Positions 37,689 to 47,800 of a DNA stretch of 64,000 bases are shown in pieces. Source of the DNA: Synergistaceae bacterium (GTDB taxonomy: Bacteria > Synergistota > Synergistia > Synergistales > Aminobacteriaceae); NCBI GenBank assembly GCA_017446055.1, contig JAFSRQ010000079.1, positions 13,881-77,880 of the forward strand. Reading direction: 5' to 3'. A program made the position numbers and the translations under genes. Under the pieces are notes generated by a model. That model had not been told where the DNA came from and made no database searches. It was given only the letters and a program-made list of their open reading frames with translations. Position 1 is the stretch's first letter; each line of letters opens with the position of its first letter.

Positions 37689-39392
37689 ATGTCGACGGCA
37701 CAGTTTCTCTACTCTTACGCGCGGCCTTACAGGGTGAAGATACTTCTTGCGGTGATATTCATGCTGGCTTCATCCGGGCTTAACACATTGCCTCCTCTGC
37801 TGTTCAAGTATGTGGTTGACGATGTACTAATCTCGCGCAACATATTCATCCTCAACGTGATATGTGTGTGTGTGATAGTGATATTCGGTCTCAAGGCTGT
37901 AACTATGTACCTTCAGCGTTACTGCATGAACGAGGCCGGGCAGGGCGTGGTTATGGACATCAGGAACGCACTCTATGACCACATGATGCGCATGAAGCTG
38001 GGGTATATATATTCATCGAGGACGGGCGACCTGATGAGCAGGATTACGGGTGATGCGGCGACATTGCAGAACATAGTAACGTCAACCTTCATCGATATGA
38101 TGTTCAACCTGATAACCTTTCTGGGTATGCTTGCGTTCATCATCTACATCAACTGGAAGCTGACCAGCCTTATAGTGATAGTGCTTCCGTTTGTGGGGCT
38201 TCTGCTGTCATTTGCCGGGAAAAAGCTCCGGGTAGCCGGGCATAACGTCCAGGAGCATTTAGCCGACATAACCGCAACGGCTCAGGAGGCATTCTCGGCG
38301 GTGAGGGTAGTGCGCTCATTCGCCAACGAGGACGCAGAGATGGAGCGTTTCCGTGAGGCAGGGCGGGGGAATTACGCGGCATTGCTTCAGGCGGTAAGCG
38401 TTCAGGGGATACTTGCGGGAGTGATTGAGGTCTTCCTGATTGTGGCACTGGCTGTAGTGTTCCGTGTTGGGGGAATGAGCGTGATTGACGGTGAGCTTAC
38501 ACCGGGGGAATTGATTTCCTTCACGGGATATATTGCGTTCATGGTACAGCCTATACGCAGCGTGATGAACCAGATGAGCTACATACAGACGGGCATAGCC
38601 AGCGCGGAACGTATACAGTCAATACTTGCAGTCCCGGTTGAGGAGGATACATCCGGCCATGAACATATCCCTGTAACAGGAGCTATAACTTTCCGCAATG
38701 TGTCATTCAGCTATGACGCTCAGGAGATATTGCACGGGGTAAGCCTTGAGGTTAATGCAGGCGGGAAAATCGCTATCGTAGGGCCGACGGGTTCAGGCAA
38801 GTCGACAATAGCCGACCTCATACCGCGTTTCTACGAGCCATCTTCGGGTGAAATCCTCATAGACGGGAGGAACATTCATGATTTCGGCCTGAAGGATTTG
38901 CGTCGGCAGATTGGGATTGTCCCGCAGGAATGTGTATTGATGCGCGGGAGTATTGCGTTCAACATTGCTTACGGCATGAGTGATATTGACATGGTGAAGG
39001 TGAGGCAGGCGGCGGAGATTGCTGACATAAGCGCGTTCATTGAGAGTTTGCCGGAAGGTTATGATACTGTTGTGGGCGAACGTGGCGTAACACTCTCAGG
39101 GGGTCAGCGTCAGAGGATAGCAATAGCCCGGGCAGTGATACGGGATCCTCGTATACTGATACTTGACGAGGCTACAAGCTCACTTGACACGGCATCGGAA
39201 CAGGCGGTGCAGAAAGCACTGAACCAGGCCATGAAGGGACGCACATCAATCATCATAGCCCACAGGTTAAGCACGATAAGGAACGCTGATATGATATACG
39301 TACTGAGTGAGGGGAAATTCATTGAGGCAGGGACACATGAACAGCTTTTGCTGACGGGGGGATTGTATGCTGACTTGTACGGCAATATGTGA
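37689..39392 (+). CDS. msbA: ABC transporter permease/ATPase, MsbA-like lipid A exporter
   Basis: Six-TM domain plus NBD with GPTGSGKST, LSGGQRQRIAIARA and ILILDEATS. LPS gene context. Confidence 0.8.
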   Translation: MSTAQFLYSYARPYRVKILLAVIFMLASSGLNTLPPLLFKYVVDDVLISRNIFILNVICVCVIVIFGLKAVTMYLQRYCMNEAGQGVVMDIRNALYDHMMRMKLGYIYSSRTGDLMSRITGDAATLQNIVTSTFIDMMFNLITFLGMLAFIIYINWKLTSLIVIVLPFVGLLLSFAGKKLRVAGHNVQEHLADITATAQEAFSAVRVVRSFANEDAEMERFREAGRGNYAALLQAVSVQGILAGVIEVFLIVALAVVFRVGGMSVIDGELTPGELISFTGYIAFMVQPIRSVMNQMSYIQTGIASAERIQSILAVPVEEDTSGHEHIPVTGAITFRNVSFSYDAQEILHGVSLEVNAGGKIAIVGPTGSGKSTIADLIPRFYEPSSGEILIDGRNIHDFGLKDLRRQIGIVPQECVLMRGSIAFNIAYGMSDIDMVKVRQAAEIADISAFIESLPEGYDTVVGERGVTLSGGQRQRIAIARAVIRDPRILILDEATSSLDTASEQAVQKALNQAMKGRTSIIIAHRLSTIRNADMIYVLSEGKFIEAGTHEQLLLTGGLYADLYGNM

Positions 39393-40008
39393 ATGCTACA
39401 TCAATTACGCAACACCGATTACCCGTATCATCATGGCCGCTACAGTCTCACACGCACTAATCTCAACAGGAGGACTACATGCTGACTTACACCGCAATAA
39501 CACCGATTACCCGTATCATCATGGCCGCAACACTCACACGCACTAATCTCAACAGGAGGAATATATGCTGACTTGTACGGCAATATGTGAACGCTGCAAC
39601 TACGTAACACCGATTACCCGCTTCATCATGGCCGCTACAGTCTCACACACACTAATCTCAATGGGAGGACTATATGCTGACTTACACCGCAATCTGTGAA
39701 CGCTGCAACTACGCAACACCGATTACCCGTGTCATCATGGCCGCTACACTCACACACACTAATCTCAATGGGAGGACTATATGCTGACTTACACCGCAAT
39801 CTGTGAACGCTGCAACTACGTAACACCGATTACCCGCTTCATCATGGCCGCTACACTCACACGGACAGAACAACGCGCTAATCTCAACAGGAGGACTATA
39901 TGCTGACTTATACGGCAATCTGTGAACACTACAACTACGCAACACCGATTACCCGTGTCATCATGGCCGCGACACTCTCACACGCGCTAATCTCAACAGG
40001 AGGACTAT
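39367..40008. repeat. six tandem imperfect copies (86-119 nt) of the lpxK translation-initiation region
   Basis: ATGCTGACTT at 39367, 39479, 39565, 39674, 39781 and 39900, before the real start at 40009. All but the first, which lies inside the msbA 3' end, are preceded by AGGAGGA-type or GGGAGGA RBS. Confidence 0.9.
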
Positions 40009-42207
40009 ATGCTGACTTACACCGCAGTCTATGAACGCTACATCAACTACGCAAAGGGCAGACGTAACAGCCTATTGCTTGATGTTATCCTCACACCATG
40101 CTCGTGGATAACCCGCGTCATCATGGCCGCAACTGACTTCCTCCACTCTCACGGCCTACTCAATGCCTCACTGCCTCCTGTCCCGGTAATCAGCGTAGGC
40201 AACCTCACTTACGGCGGCACCAACAAGACACCATTCACCATAATGCTCGCGGAATATGCACTCTCACGTGGGCTGAAAGCCGGAATAGTTACACGCGGCT
40301 ACATGGGCAGCAACAAGTCCCAGGACGCAATCATCATCACTAACGGCAATGTTCCCCGTGATATTGCAGGCGATGAGGCGGTCATGATTTCGCGCAAACT
40401 CCCTCATGTCCCGGTCGCTGTCTCTAAGCACAGGATTGACGGCGTTAATGCCCTTCGCGATTTGGGCGTTGAGCTGGTCATAGCTGATGATGCCTTCCAG
40501 CACAGAAACATGAAGCGTGATTGTGATATTGTTCTGGTTGACGCACTGTGTCCTTTCGGGAACGGCAAACTCACCCCTGCCGGAATTATGCGGGAGAATG
40601 TATCTGCCCTGCGCCGCGCTCACATGGTCGTCATCACTAAATCGTCAATGGTATCACCTGCCGCTCTCAGGAATATATATCACACACTCAGCAGGTACAC
40701 AGAGCCGGAAAATATATTCATGTCGGATATTTCTGCTGATGGCTGGAACTTCACAGAGCCTTCACCGGGGGCAAGAGTTTATGCGTTCTCTGCGACTGGA
40801 AGCCCTGAGACATTCACGCGCTCACTTGCCGACAGGGGATGTGTCATCACAGGCAGCACTGCATTCCGAGACCATCACAGATATACTCACGATGACATTC
40901 ACCAGCTCAATGAGAAGTCGACACAAACACAAGCACAGTACATCGTCTGCACGGAGAAAGACCTCGCCAACATGGACGGCATTTCACCCGGAGAGTTCGT
41001 GCTTCCTCTGGCAGTCCCCAAAATCAGAGTAGCTATCCATGAGCCTGAACGTTTTTACTCACACTTAGCTGGCGTTCTCAGGCCGGAAATAGTGATTGCC
41101 TCAAACGGTTACGGTGAGGACGCTATAGCCTCTGTGTTAGCCCGCAAGATGATTGCCGCTTATCCCCTGTCGAAAGTCTCAGCATTCCCCTTAGTCGGAA
41201 GCGGAGAAGCATTCATCAAGGCCGGGGTAAATATACTGTCAGCAAAATCCGTAACACCTTCAGCGGGCATCTTCAAGTACTCATTGCGTGAACTGTGGAA
41301 TGATTTGCGGGCCGGGCTTCTCGGTCAGGTTCGTGAACAGCTCAGGGACTGGCGCAGTGTCTCACGTAAGATACTGCCTCCTGTGTGTGTGGGTGATGTC
41401 TACCTTCTGGCTAATACTTTGTGGGGTTCAGGACTGCGGCCTGTTTTTGTTGCTACGGCTAAGACGGTGTATATCTCCGGGCATTGGAGGACTGAGAGAA
41501 TGATGATACGGAAATTCACTCTCAGGACTTGGACGAGGGACGAGCCTACAGCGTTGCAGATTGGTGATAAGGCTGTGTACTCAGGAAGTCCCATAATGGA
41601 TTTGCTTGGCGACAATGTATCAGCCTCAGGAGATGTGATACTGCTCCTGCCCGGAAGCCGTAAGTCAGCCGGGAGAAATGCGGCAATATTGCTGGGAGCT
41701 GCAGAAATCCTCTGTGAGCATGGGCATAAACTCTTCAGGATGGTGCTTGCTCCTACGGTAGATACTGCGTCATTCTTCAGGGAGTGTGAGTCTGTCGACT
41801 GGAAACATGAAGGTGATGCTCTCACTAAGTCGGGGGTAACGATAAGCCTAACCGCTGAGGAAATTTCGCGGGCAGCCATCGGGGGGAAATTACTCTTGGG
41901 CATGGGAGGGACGGCTAACCAGTTATGCGCGGGAATGGGTATTCCTGTAATCGCTCCTGATGACAAGGGCAAGAGGGTGCAGAAAAAGTTATTGGGCAAT
42001 GCTGAGATACTCACACACGCTTCATCTGCGGCTATGGCTGAATGTGCCTTGAGGGTTCTTGCTGACGAGGGGCTGTACGGCTTCATGAGTGATACGGGGC
42101 GCAGGAGGATGGGCAGACCTGGCGCGGGTGATGATGTGGTGCGTTATACTCGTGATGTGCTGGGCTGGGGGATTAGGGAGAAGGTTTACAGGATGCTGAC
42201 ACCGTAG
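40009..42207 (+). CDS. lpxK: tetraacyldisaccharide 4'-kinase LpxK fused to a lipid-A-disaccharide-synthase-related domain
   Basis: The N-terminal half carries VGNLTYGGTNKTP and VTRGY LpxK motifs. The C-terminal half (from ~aa 365) carries SNGYGEDAIA, LLPGSRKS and GGTANQLCAGMGIPVI, which are LpxB-related. Confidence 0.8.
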   Translation: MLTYTAVYERYINYAKGRRNSLLLDVILTPCSWITRVIMAATDFLHSHGLLNASLPPVPVISVGNLTYGGTNKTPFTIMLAEYALSRGLKAGIVTRGYMGSNKSQDAIIITNGNVPRDIAGDEAVMISRKLPHVPVAVSKHRIDGVNALRDLGVELVIADDAFQHRNMKRDCDIVLVDALCPFGNGKLTPAGIMRENVSALRRAHMVVITKSSMVSPAALRNIYHTLSRYTEPENIFMSDISADGWNFTEPSPGARVYAFSATGSPETFTRSLADRGCVITGSTAFRDHHRYTHDDIHQLNEKSTQTQAQYIVCTEKDLANMDGISPGEFVLPLAVPKIRVAIHEPERFYSHLAGVLRPEIVIASNGYGEDAIASVLARKMIAAYPLSKVSAFPLVGSGEAFIKAGVNILSAKSVTPSAGIFKYSLRELWNDLRAGLLGQVREQLRDWRSVSRKILPPVCVGDVYLLANTLWGSGLRPVFVATAKTVYISGHWRTERMMIRKFTLRTWTRDEPTALQIGDKAVYSGSPIMDLLGDNVSASGDVILLLPGSRKSAGRNAAILLGAAEILCEHGHKLFRMVLAPTVDTASFFRECESVDWKHEGDALTKSGVTISLTAEEISRAAIGGKLLLGMGGTANQLCAGMGIPVIAPDDKGKRVQKKLLGNAEILTHASSAAMAECALRVLADEGLYGFMSDTGRRRMGRPGAGDDVVRYTRDVLGWGIREKVYRMLTP

Positions 42208-42395
42208 GCCGCAAGCATTCTCCCCAGTGTACACAGAGGAAGACCCACAACGTTACAGTAATCGCCCTTTATCCCCTCTATCATCAATGAACCTATACCC
42301 TGCACTGCATACCCCCCGGCTTTGTCGTATGGCTCGCAGGTTTGGGTGTAGGCTTCTATCTCCCATTCGGACAACTCGCGGTAACAACTTCGAGC
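42186..42395 (-). pseudogene. tandem remnant copy of the maf 3' end
   Basis: The 62-aa ORF is 56/62 identical to Maf residues 128-189. Its end overlaps the lpxK 3' end convergently by 22 nt. Confidence 0.85.
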
Positions 42396-42401
42396 GTGTA
42401 T

Positions 42402-42971
42402 CTATATGAGACTGACCCCATAACCCGCAAGCATTCTCCCCAGTGTACACAAAGGAAGCCCCACAACGTTATAGTAATCGCCCTTTATGCCCTCTATCAT
42501 CAATGACCCTATACCCTGCACTGCATACCCCCCGGCTTTGTCGTATGGCTCGCAGGTTTGGGTGTAGGCTTCTATCTCGAGTTCGGACAACTCACGGAAC
42601 TTCACCAGCGTATGAACGTCAGCAATACTCACACGTTCACCGCAACTCACACACAGCCCCGTAACCACTTCATGCACTCTTCCTGAGAGCAGCCGCAGCA
42701 TCCTCACAGCGTCATCATGTCCTGAAGGCTTGCCGAGAATTTCTCCGCCGTCAGCAACTACTATAGTATCAGCGGCTATGACTGCATCATCAGGATATAC
42801 ACGTGAGCCTGCTTCAGCCTTGAGACGTGATAACCTCCTGCATAATTCTGCGGGACTTTCGCCGGGTAAATGCTCCTCGTTCACGTCAGGGTGATACACG
42901 GTGAAGTCAAGCCCTATGCTTTCGAGTAATGACTTCCTGCGCGGACTTCCTGAAGCTAGAATTATCTTCAT
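42402..42971 (-). CDS. maf: Maf-family nucleoside triphosphate pyrophosphatase
   Basis: ILASGSPRR start and KAGGYAVQG motif. Confidence 0.9.
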   Translation of the reverse strand: MKIILASGSPRRKSLLESIGLDFTVYHPDVNEEHLPGESPAELCRRLSRLKAEAGSRVYPDDAVIAADTIVVADGGEILGKPSGHDDAVRMLRLLSGRVHEVVTGLCVSCGERVSIADVHTLVKFRELSELEIEAYTQTCEPYDKAGGYAVQGIGSLMIEGIKGDYYNVVGLPLCTLGRMLAGYGVSLI

Positions 42972-43750
42972 GACAGGAATATTACAGCCAGACCGACAGC
43001 AAGACAGTAGACACCGAAATACGCCCAGTTCTTTGCGCTGGCTATTCTCCGCATCAGGACTAACGACGCTAATCCCAGCACAAACGCCACTACAGCCGCA
43101 ACAATATAGCCTTCAGGGAGGAACACAGCACCGCCGGATTTCAGGAACTTCACGCACTCAAGCAGCGTTGCTCCAAGCACAGCAGGTATAGATATGAGGA
43201 ACGAGAAACGGAATGCCTCACTCATTCCCAGTCCCATGAACAGACCCATTGCTATAGACATCCCCGAACGTGATACACCCGGCAAGACCGCTATACCCTG
43301 AGCAATACCCACGAATATAGCCGTCTTCAGGAGTGATGAGTTTCTGCGTGATGACGATAATACCGGGATTAGCACAAGGATTATCCCCGTGAAGATTTCT
43401 CCTGCTCCCACAAGGATAACGTTCTGCGAGAATTTCTCAGCTGTTGACTTCAGTCCCAAGCCGATAACAGCCGTGATGAATGACGCAATGATTACCGCCC
43501 AGCCGTATGACCATCCCGAACGCCTTCTGCCCGTCCAGCCTCCGAACCATTCGCGCAATATCTGCCATATGTCCCGCCAGAAATACAGAATGACCGCAAG
43601 CAATGTCGCGAAATGAAGAAGTATGTCGAACGTCAGCATGTTCCCGCCGAAGCCCATGAATACCTGGAACAGCGCGAGATGTCCCGAACTGCTCACAGGC
43701 AGGAACTCACATAATCCCTGCACCGCTCCTAATATTATTGACTGTAACAC
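42968..43750 (-). CDS. uppP: undecaprenyl-diphosphate phosphatase
   Basis: EFLPVSSSGHL and PGVSRSG motifs. Polytopic membrane protein. Confidence 0.92.
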   Translation of the reverse strand: MLQSIILGAVQGLCEFLPVSSSGHLALFQVFMGFGGNMLTFDILLHFATLLAVILYFWRDIWQILREWFGGWTGRRRSGWSYGWAVIIASFITAVIGLGLKSTAEKFSQNVILVGAGEIFTGIILVLIPVLSSSRRNSSLLKTAIFVGIAQGIAVLPGVSRSGMSIAMGLFMGLGMSEAFRFSFLISIPAVLGATLLECVKFLKSGGAVFLPEGYIVAAVVAFVLGLASLVLMRRIASAKNWAYFGVYCLAVGLAVIFLS

Positions 43751-45490
43751 CTAGAAAAACTCCTTCTCGAAGATATTATTGTTGTCTCTGGCTTTGACTG
43801 AGACTATTGGCATCACTACGGCGAATGAAGAGTTGCGCTTCCTGAGTACATCACGCACCCGCGTCTTTATCGTGCTGCGTATTGCGTCAGGATTAGCCCT
43901 CTTGAGGCCGGATAATTCCTGTACTGCCTGCTCACTTACTGCGTACAGCTCCTTGAAGATGTCTCTGCTGTCCTCCGAAATGAAAACGCCCTGTGTCTCT
44001 ATTGCCGGAGGGGCTAGCAAGTTCCCCCGGTCGTCTACTGCCACTGCCACCGCTATCACACCGTCCTCTGAGATTTCGCGGCGTTCCTTGAGGACTTCAG
44101 ACTTTATGCTTCCGGCGGCGTTACCGTCAACAATTACTGCCCCTGCCTGAACATGGCCGTGCTTCTTGGGGGGATTGTTGCGCGTGAATGTGAGAATATC
44201 GCCGTTGACCATCAGGAATATGTTGTGAGGATTTATGCCGACTTCCTGCGCTAACTGTGAGTGCCGGACAAGGTGCTTGTACTCGCCGTGAACAGGGACA
44301 AAATACTGAGGCCGCGTAAGGTTCAGCATTATCTTCAGCTCCTCGCTCGATGCATGGCCGGAGACGTGAATATTCCTGTCCTTCTCGTAGACCACCTCAC
44401 AGCCCTGCGCAAAGAGACGGTTAATCGTATTGTTGACGAGCTTCTCATTGCCCGGTATCACTGAGGCCAGAAGGAACACTACATCATGTTCACCAAGATC
44501 GATAGCTTTGTTCTCGCCCCGGCTCATAGTAACAAGCCCGGAAAAAGGCTCGCCCTGGCTCCCGGTCGTAACAATAACAAGCTGGTTGTCTGAATACTTC
44601 CAGATTTCCTCAACCTGAATAATCATCTTGCTGTCAATCTTCAGGTAACCAGTCTCACGCGCAAGCTCCGCGTTACGTATCATGCTCCGTCCGAGAAAGG
44701 CTATCTTCCTGTTGAAGCGTGATGCTACGTCTGCTACCTGCTGTATTCGGTGTACGTTGCTGGCGAATGAGGATATGATTATGCGCTTGGTTCTGTACGT
44801 CCTGAAGAGGGTATCCAGCGTTGACGATATTATCCGTTCTGACGGGGTGAAACCTTTGCGTTCTGCGTTGGTGCTGTCGGAACACAGTAACATTATGCCC
44901 TTGTCGCCCTCCTCGGCAAACGCTCCGTAATCCGTAACCCGTCCGTCAACTGGAGTGCTGTCGAGCTTGAAGTCCCCCGTGTGAACTATACGGCCTAAAG
45001 GTGTCTCGATACTCAGCGCAACACAGTCGGGGATTGAGTGTGCCACTGCGATAAATCTCACGGTGAAAGAGCCTATCTTGATGACATCTCCCGCTCTAAT
45101 CTCGCGCATATCGGGGCGGAACGTAGGCAGGTCATCCTGTAGCTTGTTGCGGATTAGTCCGAGGGTAAGCTGTGTGCCGTACAGGGGGACATTGAGACGG
45201 GGCAGGACGTAAGGCAGTCCGCCAACGTGGTCTTCATGGCCGTGCGTGATGATGATGGCAAGTATCTTGTCCCTGTTCTGCTCCAGGTACGATATATCCG
45301 GCACAATGTAATCTATTCCAGGCAATTCGCTGTCAGGGAACTTCAGCCCGGAGTCTATCACTATAATCTGGCCGTCATACTCGATGACATACATGTTCTT
45401 GCCGATTTCACCCAGTCCGCCGAGAGGGATAAAGCATAACTTTTCGCGGTCGAAGTCATTGCGCCGCCTGTGTGATTGGTTTCTGGTCAT
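43751..45490 (-). CDS. rnj: ribonuclease J
   Basis: Metallo-beta-lactamase motif ITHGHEDHVGG plus beta-CASP and a C-terminal domain. 579 aa. Confidence 0.93.
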   Translation of the reverse strand: MTRNQSHRRRNDFDREKLCFIPLGGLGEIGKNMYVIEYDGQIIVIDSGLKFPDSELPGIDYIVPDISYLEQNRDKILAIIITHGHEDHVGGLPYVLPRLNVPLYGTQLTLGLIRNKLQDDLPTFRPDMREIRAGDVIKIGSFTVRFIAVAHSIPDCVALSIETPLGRIVHTGDFKLDSTPVDGRVTDYGAFAEEGDKGIMLLCSDSTNAERKGFTPSERIISSTLDTLFRTYRTKRIIISSFASNVHRIQQVADVASRFNRKIAFLGRSMIRNAELARETGYLKIDSKMIIQVEEIWKYSDNQLVIVTTGSQGEPFSGLVTMSRGENKAIDLGEHDVVFLLASVIPGNEKLVNNTINRLFAQGCEVVYEKDRNIHVSGHASSEELKIMLNLTRPQYFVPVHGEYKHLVRHSQLAQEVGINPHNIFLMVNGDILTFTRNNPPKKHGHVQAGAVIVDGNAAGSIKSEVLKERREISEDGVIAVAVAVDDRGNLLAPPAIETQGVFISEDSRDIFKELYAVSEQAVQELSGLKRANPDAIRSTIKTRVRDVLRKRNSSFAVVMPIVSVKARDNNNIFEKEFF

Positions 45491-45625
45491 ACATTGCCTT
45501 CCTTTGCTGTGAATTTTGGTTCATATGTTGGATTAGGCAATATTATAGTACACGGGGGTGATTAGCGTCTGGTCATATATTGCTGTCCTTTGCGGTGATT
45601 TCGGCATCTCATGCTGTAGTATACG
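45479..45625. repeat. duplicated rnj start region (~87-nt unit, 2 copies, ~75-80% identity)
   Basis: tctggtcata(c/t)attgc..cctttgc.gtga recurs at 45483 and 45568. The second copy carries a pseudo-start atgaccaga. Confidence 0.6.
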
Positions 45626-47800
45626 CTAGAACAACTTTTCACCCATCGGCCTTTTACCGGGAGTGTAAACCTTCACATTAACCGCTGAAGTCCTGCCAGC
45701 CTCGTCAACCGCGCTCACTGTATGCTCGCCGTCATCAAGCGCATGGATGTATGACGATTTCCCCTGAGACATTCCGCAATATTCCCCGTCAACATACCAC
45801 CATATTCTTCCGTCAGTGCCCTCTGCCTTGAACGGTATAGCCCTCTGTGTGTCCAGCGGCGCGTAATAGTATGAGGCTCCCGGTATAGGGGATATTATGC
45901 TGAAGGATGAGTTTTTCCCGCCCGTTACGCTGAGTTCACGCGGCATGTTTACGGCTGACTTCACCCCGTGAATGTCGCAAGGCGTTGTGTGTGTTACGCC
46001 GTCTATAGCCCATTCGAGTTTTGCTGACGGACATAAAGCGGTAGGGGGCTTGCCTGATACTGTGCATACCCTCCGTGTGATGAGATTGCCGGGACGCTCA
46101 TACCACGGTGAATTGGGGAGCATTCGGTGTATCTTCACGGCTGTAGGTGCGGATATTCTTGCGCCTACGAGACCCTCCCACGACGCTCCTTCAGGATTTC
46201 CCGCCCACACGCAAACAGTGTAGCCCGGCCGCCATGAACACGCCCAAGCATCACGGAGGCCGTATGATGTCCCGGTCTTGAGGGATAACTTGCGTCCGCC
46301 CGAAAATGTCCCGTCATGCCTCAGTATGTCCCCGATAATCCAGCAGCCCGCAGAAGTCGCTAGCCTCTCACGCGAAACTGTCTCATCCGTCAGCACCTTC
46401 AAGCCCCGGTGTACTCCCTCTGAAGCAAGGAACGTATACGCCTCCAGCTGTTCCAGCAGAGTAACATCACACCCTCCCAGTATCAGAGAGTCGCCGTAAA
46501 ATTCTGCTGACTGCGTGAGATGCCTGTAGCCCGCCGACCTCATCAGAGACAATACACGGTCATTGCCTGAACGCCTCAGTACCCTTACCGCCGGGGCATT
46601 CAGTGACTCGTGAAGTGCCGTGCGCGCTGTTACCGCTCCTCGATAGGTCAGGTCGAAGTTCCTCGGTGCCCTCCCGGAGAATGCCGCTGAACTGTCAGCA
46701 AGAAGGGTTGACGGTGTGAGTATTCCCGCCTCAATAGCTGTGAGGTACGCAAAAGGTTTCAGGGTTGAACCGGGTGAACGCAAAGCCCTTCCGCAGTCCA
46801 CCCATGATGAAGGCTCTGTGCTGTAACCGAACCTTGCATTGCCGCACCACGCCACTATTCCGCCTGTACGGTTGTCCGTAATCCCTGCCGCTATTGTTAC
46901 GTTTGACGGGACATCGTTCAGTGCCTGGCCTATTATCCCCTCAAGTTTAGTCTGTATCTCCAGGTCAAGCGTAGTGTCATAGCGGGATGACTTGTGTTCG
47001 GGGTTCTGAGACAGTACCAGCTCCGAGAAGTGGAAAGCCCGTGAAGGCAGGGGGAATTTCCGTCTGGGCAGCTCCTCAAGCCTTGCGCGTGATGCCTCGT
47101 CATGTGTGAATACCTTTTTGCGCTCCATGAGGGATATGATTTCGTTGCGGCGGGTTATTGCGGCTTTGGGCTTGGTGTCAGGTCGGAAAAGTGCCGGGCC
47201 TTTCAGCATCCCAATCAGAAGACATGCCTCGCCCGGTGAAATCTGTGAGGCGGTCTTCCCGAAATATATCATGCTTGCCGCCTGTACTCCGCGTATATTT
47301 CCCCCGAATGGCGCAAGGTTGAGGTAGCACTCCAGTATTTGCGGCTTGGTGAGTACTCTCTCAATCTTCACGGCCATGATGAACTCGCGCAGTTTCGTGA
47401 GCAGGTTGCGCTTCCTGTGTTCACGTTCGGAGACAGATAAGCGGATTACCTGTGCTGTTATCGTTGATGCCCCTGATACCGTCTTCATGCGCAGGATGTC
47501 CTGAACTATTGCCCGGCCTAACGCTATAGGGTCGAGGCCGAAGTGCCGGTAAAATCTGCCGTCCTCAGCATTAACCGCCACAACTGGAAGCCACTTGCCC
47601 ATGTCGCTTAACGGTACGGGTATGTGCCACTCTGACGCAGGCGACAATCTCACGTGGTACAGGCGGCCTTCTGTGTCATAGAGTGCCGGAGAGCCGTCAA
47701 TTGTCGTTACCCGTTCGGGGCTGACTGTTACAGTAGCAAACACGAACGCGCACGGTGTCAGCAGCAGTAGCAGTAACAGGAGCATCAATACTTTCTTCAT
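45626..47800 (-). CDS. pbpC: bifunctional penicillin-binding protein, PBP1C-like
   Basis: GT51 motifs (EDGRFYRHFGLDP, GASTITAQ), transpeptidase SxxK (STLKP), and a C-terminal PBP1C-type domain. Confidence 0.85.
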   Translation of the reverse strand: MKKVLMLLLLLLLLTPCAFVFATVTVSPERVTTIDGSPALYDTEGRLYHVRLSPASEWHIPVPLSDMGKWLPVVAVNAEDGRFYRHFGLDPIALGRAIVQDILRMKTVSGASTITAQVIRLSVSEREHRKRNLLTKLREFIMAVKIERVLTKPQILECYLNLAPFGGNIRGVQAASMIYFGKTASQISPGEACLLIGMLKGPALFRPDTKPKAAITRRNEIISLMERKKVFTHDEASRARLEELPRRKFPLPSRAFHFSELVLSQNPEHKSSRYDTTLDLEIQTKLEGIIGQALNDVPSNVTIAAGITDNRTGGIVAWCGNARFGYSTEPSSWVDCGRALRSPGSTLKPFAYLTAIEAGILTPSTLLADSSAAFSGRAPRNFDLTYRGAVTARTALHESLNAPAVRVLRRSGNDRVLSLMRSAGYRHLTQSAEFYGDSLILGGCDVTLLEQLEAYTFLASEGVHRGLKVLTDETVSRERLATSAGCWIIGDILRHDGTFSGGRKLSLKTGTSYGLRDAWACSWRPGYTVCVWAGNPEGASWEGLVGARISAPTAVKIHRMLPNSPWYERPGNLITRRVCTVSGKPPTALCPSAKLEWAIDGVTHTTPCDIHGVKSAVNMPRELSVTGGKNSSFSIISPIPGASYYYAPLDTQRAIPFKAEGTDGRIWWYVDGEYCGMSQGKSSYIHALDDGEHTVSAVDEAGRTSAVNVKVYTPGKRPMGEKLF

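Noticed and set aside
36085-40008. Possible CRISPR arrays at 36085-36480 and 39367-40008.
   Set aside because: The units are 86-119 nt and contiguous, with no unique spacers. Each is homologous to the adjacent CDS and upstream DNA. No cas genes are present in the window.
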